A stretch of DNA of 64,000 bases, taken from Octopus sinensis (taxonomy: Eukaryota). Positions within the stretch are counted from its first letter, which is position 1, and the number at the start of each line of letters is the position of its first letter. The notes beneath the pieces were generated by a model, which worked only from the letters and a program-made list of their open reading frames with translations, ran no database searches and had not been told where the DNA came from. The position numbers and the translations under genes were made by a program. Location of the stretch: assembly GCF_006345805.1 (NCBI RefSeq), contig NC_043003.1, forward strand, positions 85,064,001-85,128,000, written 5' to 3'. Below, one piece after another: positions 62,963-64,000 of the stretch.

Positions 62963-63077
62963 GTTTGTCTGTCTATCTGTCTATCTATCCCTTACTCTCA
63001 CTCTTTGTTCTCCTTCTCTCCCTTTTCTAACCACCGCCTTGTCTTTTGTTCCTACTTACTCTCTTTTTCCCCCTCTT

Positions 63078-63108
<31 letters not shown>

Positions 63109-63641
63109 TCTTCCTACTTATCTCCCCTTTTTTCTCCCTCTTTCAAGTTTCACATCTTCATTCTTTATTTCATTCTTTCTTTTACAGCCATCTGTGTCTC
63201 TCTCCCTCTCTCTCTCTCTTTCTCTCTCTCTCTTCTTCTCTCTCTCACTATCTCTCATTCCTGCCTCTATATACTTCACATTCCCTCTATCTCTCATTCT
63301 CTCCCACTAAATTTCACTCCTTTATCCTTTATACTTCAAATTATTTTCTCCTTCATTACTCTCCCTTTCTCTTGCACCCTCCCATTTTATTCCTCTTACC
63401 TCTGTACACTTCCTCTTTCTTCTCCTACTCCTGTCTCCAACCCAAGCCACTCCCTCCCACTATCTCTTTTTCTTCTTGACTCATTTTATAATTTCTTTTC
63501 GGATTCCCTCTGCCTCACCCTCTCACACTTTCTTATACTTTTTCTTTCTCTCTTGTTTTTTGCTTTACTGTGTTATTTTCTCTTTCTTCATACCTGTCTC
63601 ATTCTCTTACATTTTTTTCATGTTCTGTATTTTATCATTAG

Positions 63642-63718
<77 letters not shown>
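62880..63718. repeat. About 750-bp (CT)n/pyrimidine-rich tract followed by (TA)n
   Basis: Direct sequence. Confidence 0.92.
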
Positions 63719-63720
<2 letters not shown>

Positions 63721-63818
63721 ATCCAAACAAGAAAACAAAAACAAAAAAACACAACAACGCGAGGACGTGGAACAAATAAAGTTATATTGGACGCTCAGGA
63801 AAGAAAGGAAGAAGGAGG

Positions 63819-63853
63819 GTTTGACGTTTCGAGCGGAGCTCTTCGTCGGAAAC
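63819..63853 (-). ncRNA. Minimal type-I hammerhead ribozyme motif in a Penelope-like terminal repeat (about 63720-63930)
   Basis: GUUU-CCGACGA-A-GAGC(ucc)GCUC-GAAA-CGUC-AAAC: 4-bp stem I, 4-bp stem II, loopless palindromic ACGU stem III; U4 replaced by C. Confidence 0.65.
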
Positions 63854-64000
63854 ATAGGAGAAGGAAAGATCCCGAGAAGGGAAGAGAGGGGAAAAAAATC
63901 GCTAGTGATACAGACGAGGTCACATACTAAAAGAGTGAAAAACTACAGAAGGCTTGTGTTACAAGGTTAAAGAATATATTTAAGTCGTTATGTTAGAAAA

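Overview
AT-rich, microsatellite-dense eukaryotic DNA. The tRNA-derived SINE families and the (TATG)n/(GATA)n/(TAA)n load suggest a coleoid cephalopod, probably Octopus; this is inferred from repeat style, not from a search. About 54 kb is a nested transposon field. It holds three minus-strand copies of one L1/Tx1-like LINE (one apparently full length, 15256-21603) whose 5' ends all abut (GATA)n arrays. It also holds many R4/Dong-like restriction-endonuclease LINE fragments tied to (TAA)n or (CATA)n, a decayed Gypsy element carrying an RTE fragment, a young 5'-truncated CR1 LINE with an open 1.8-kb RT frame, Tc1/mariner remnants, two MITEs, Penelope-like ends with hammerhead-ribozyme motifs, and more than 20 SINEs. 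Host-gene evidence is limited to two first coding exons: a signal-peptide-like exon on the minus strand (1814-1859) and an ankyrin-like exon on the plus strand (54597-54690) behind a CpG/ETS promoter. Repeats downstream of that promoter show CpG decay, consistent with gene-body methylation. Indel-rich tandem duplications at 9-14.5 kb and the frameshift-riddled second Tx1 copy look partly like unpolished long-read assembly. Element boundaries are read by eye and many are approximate.
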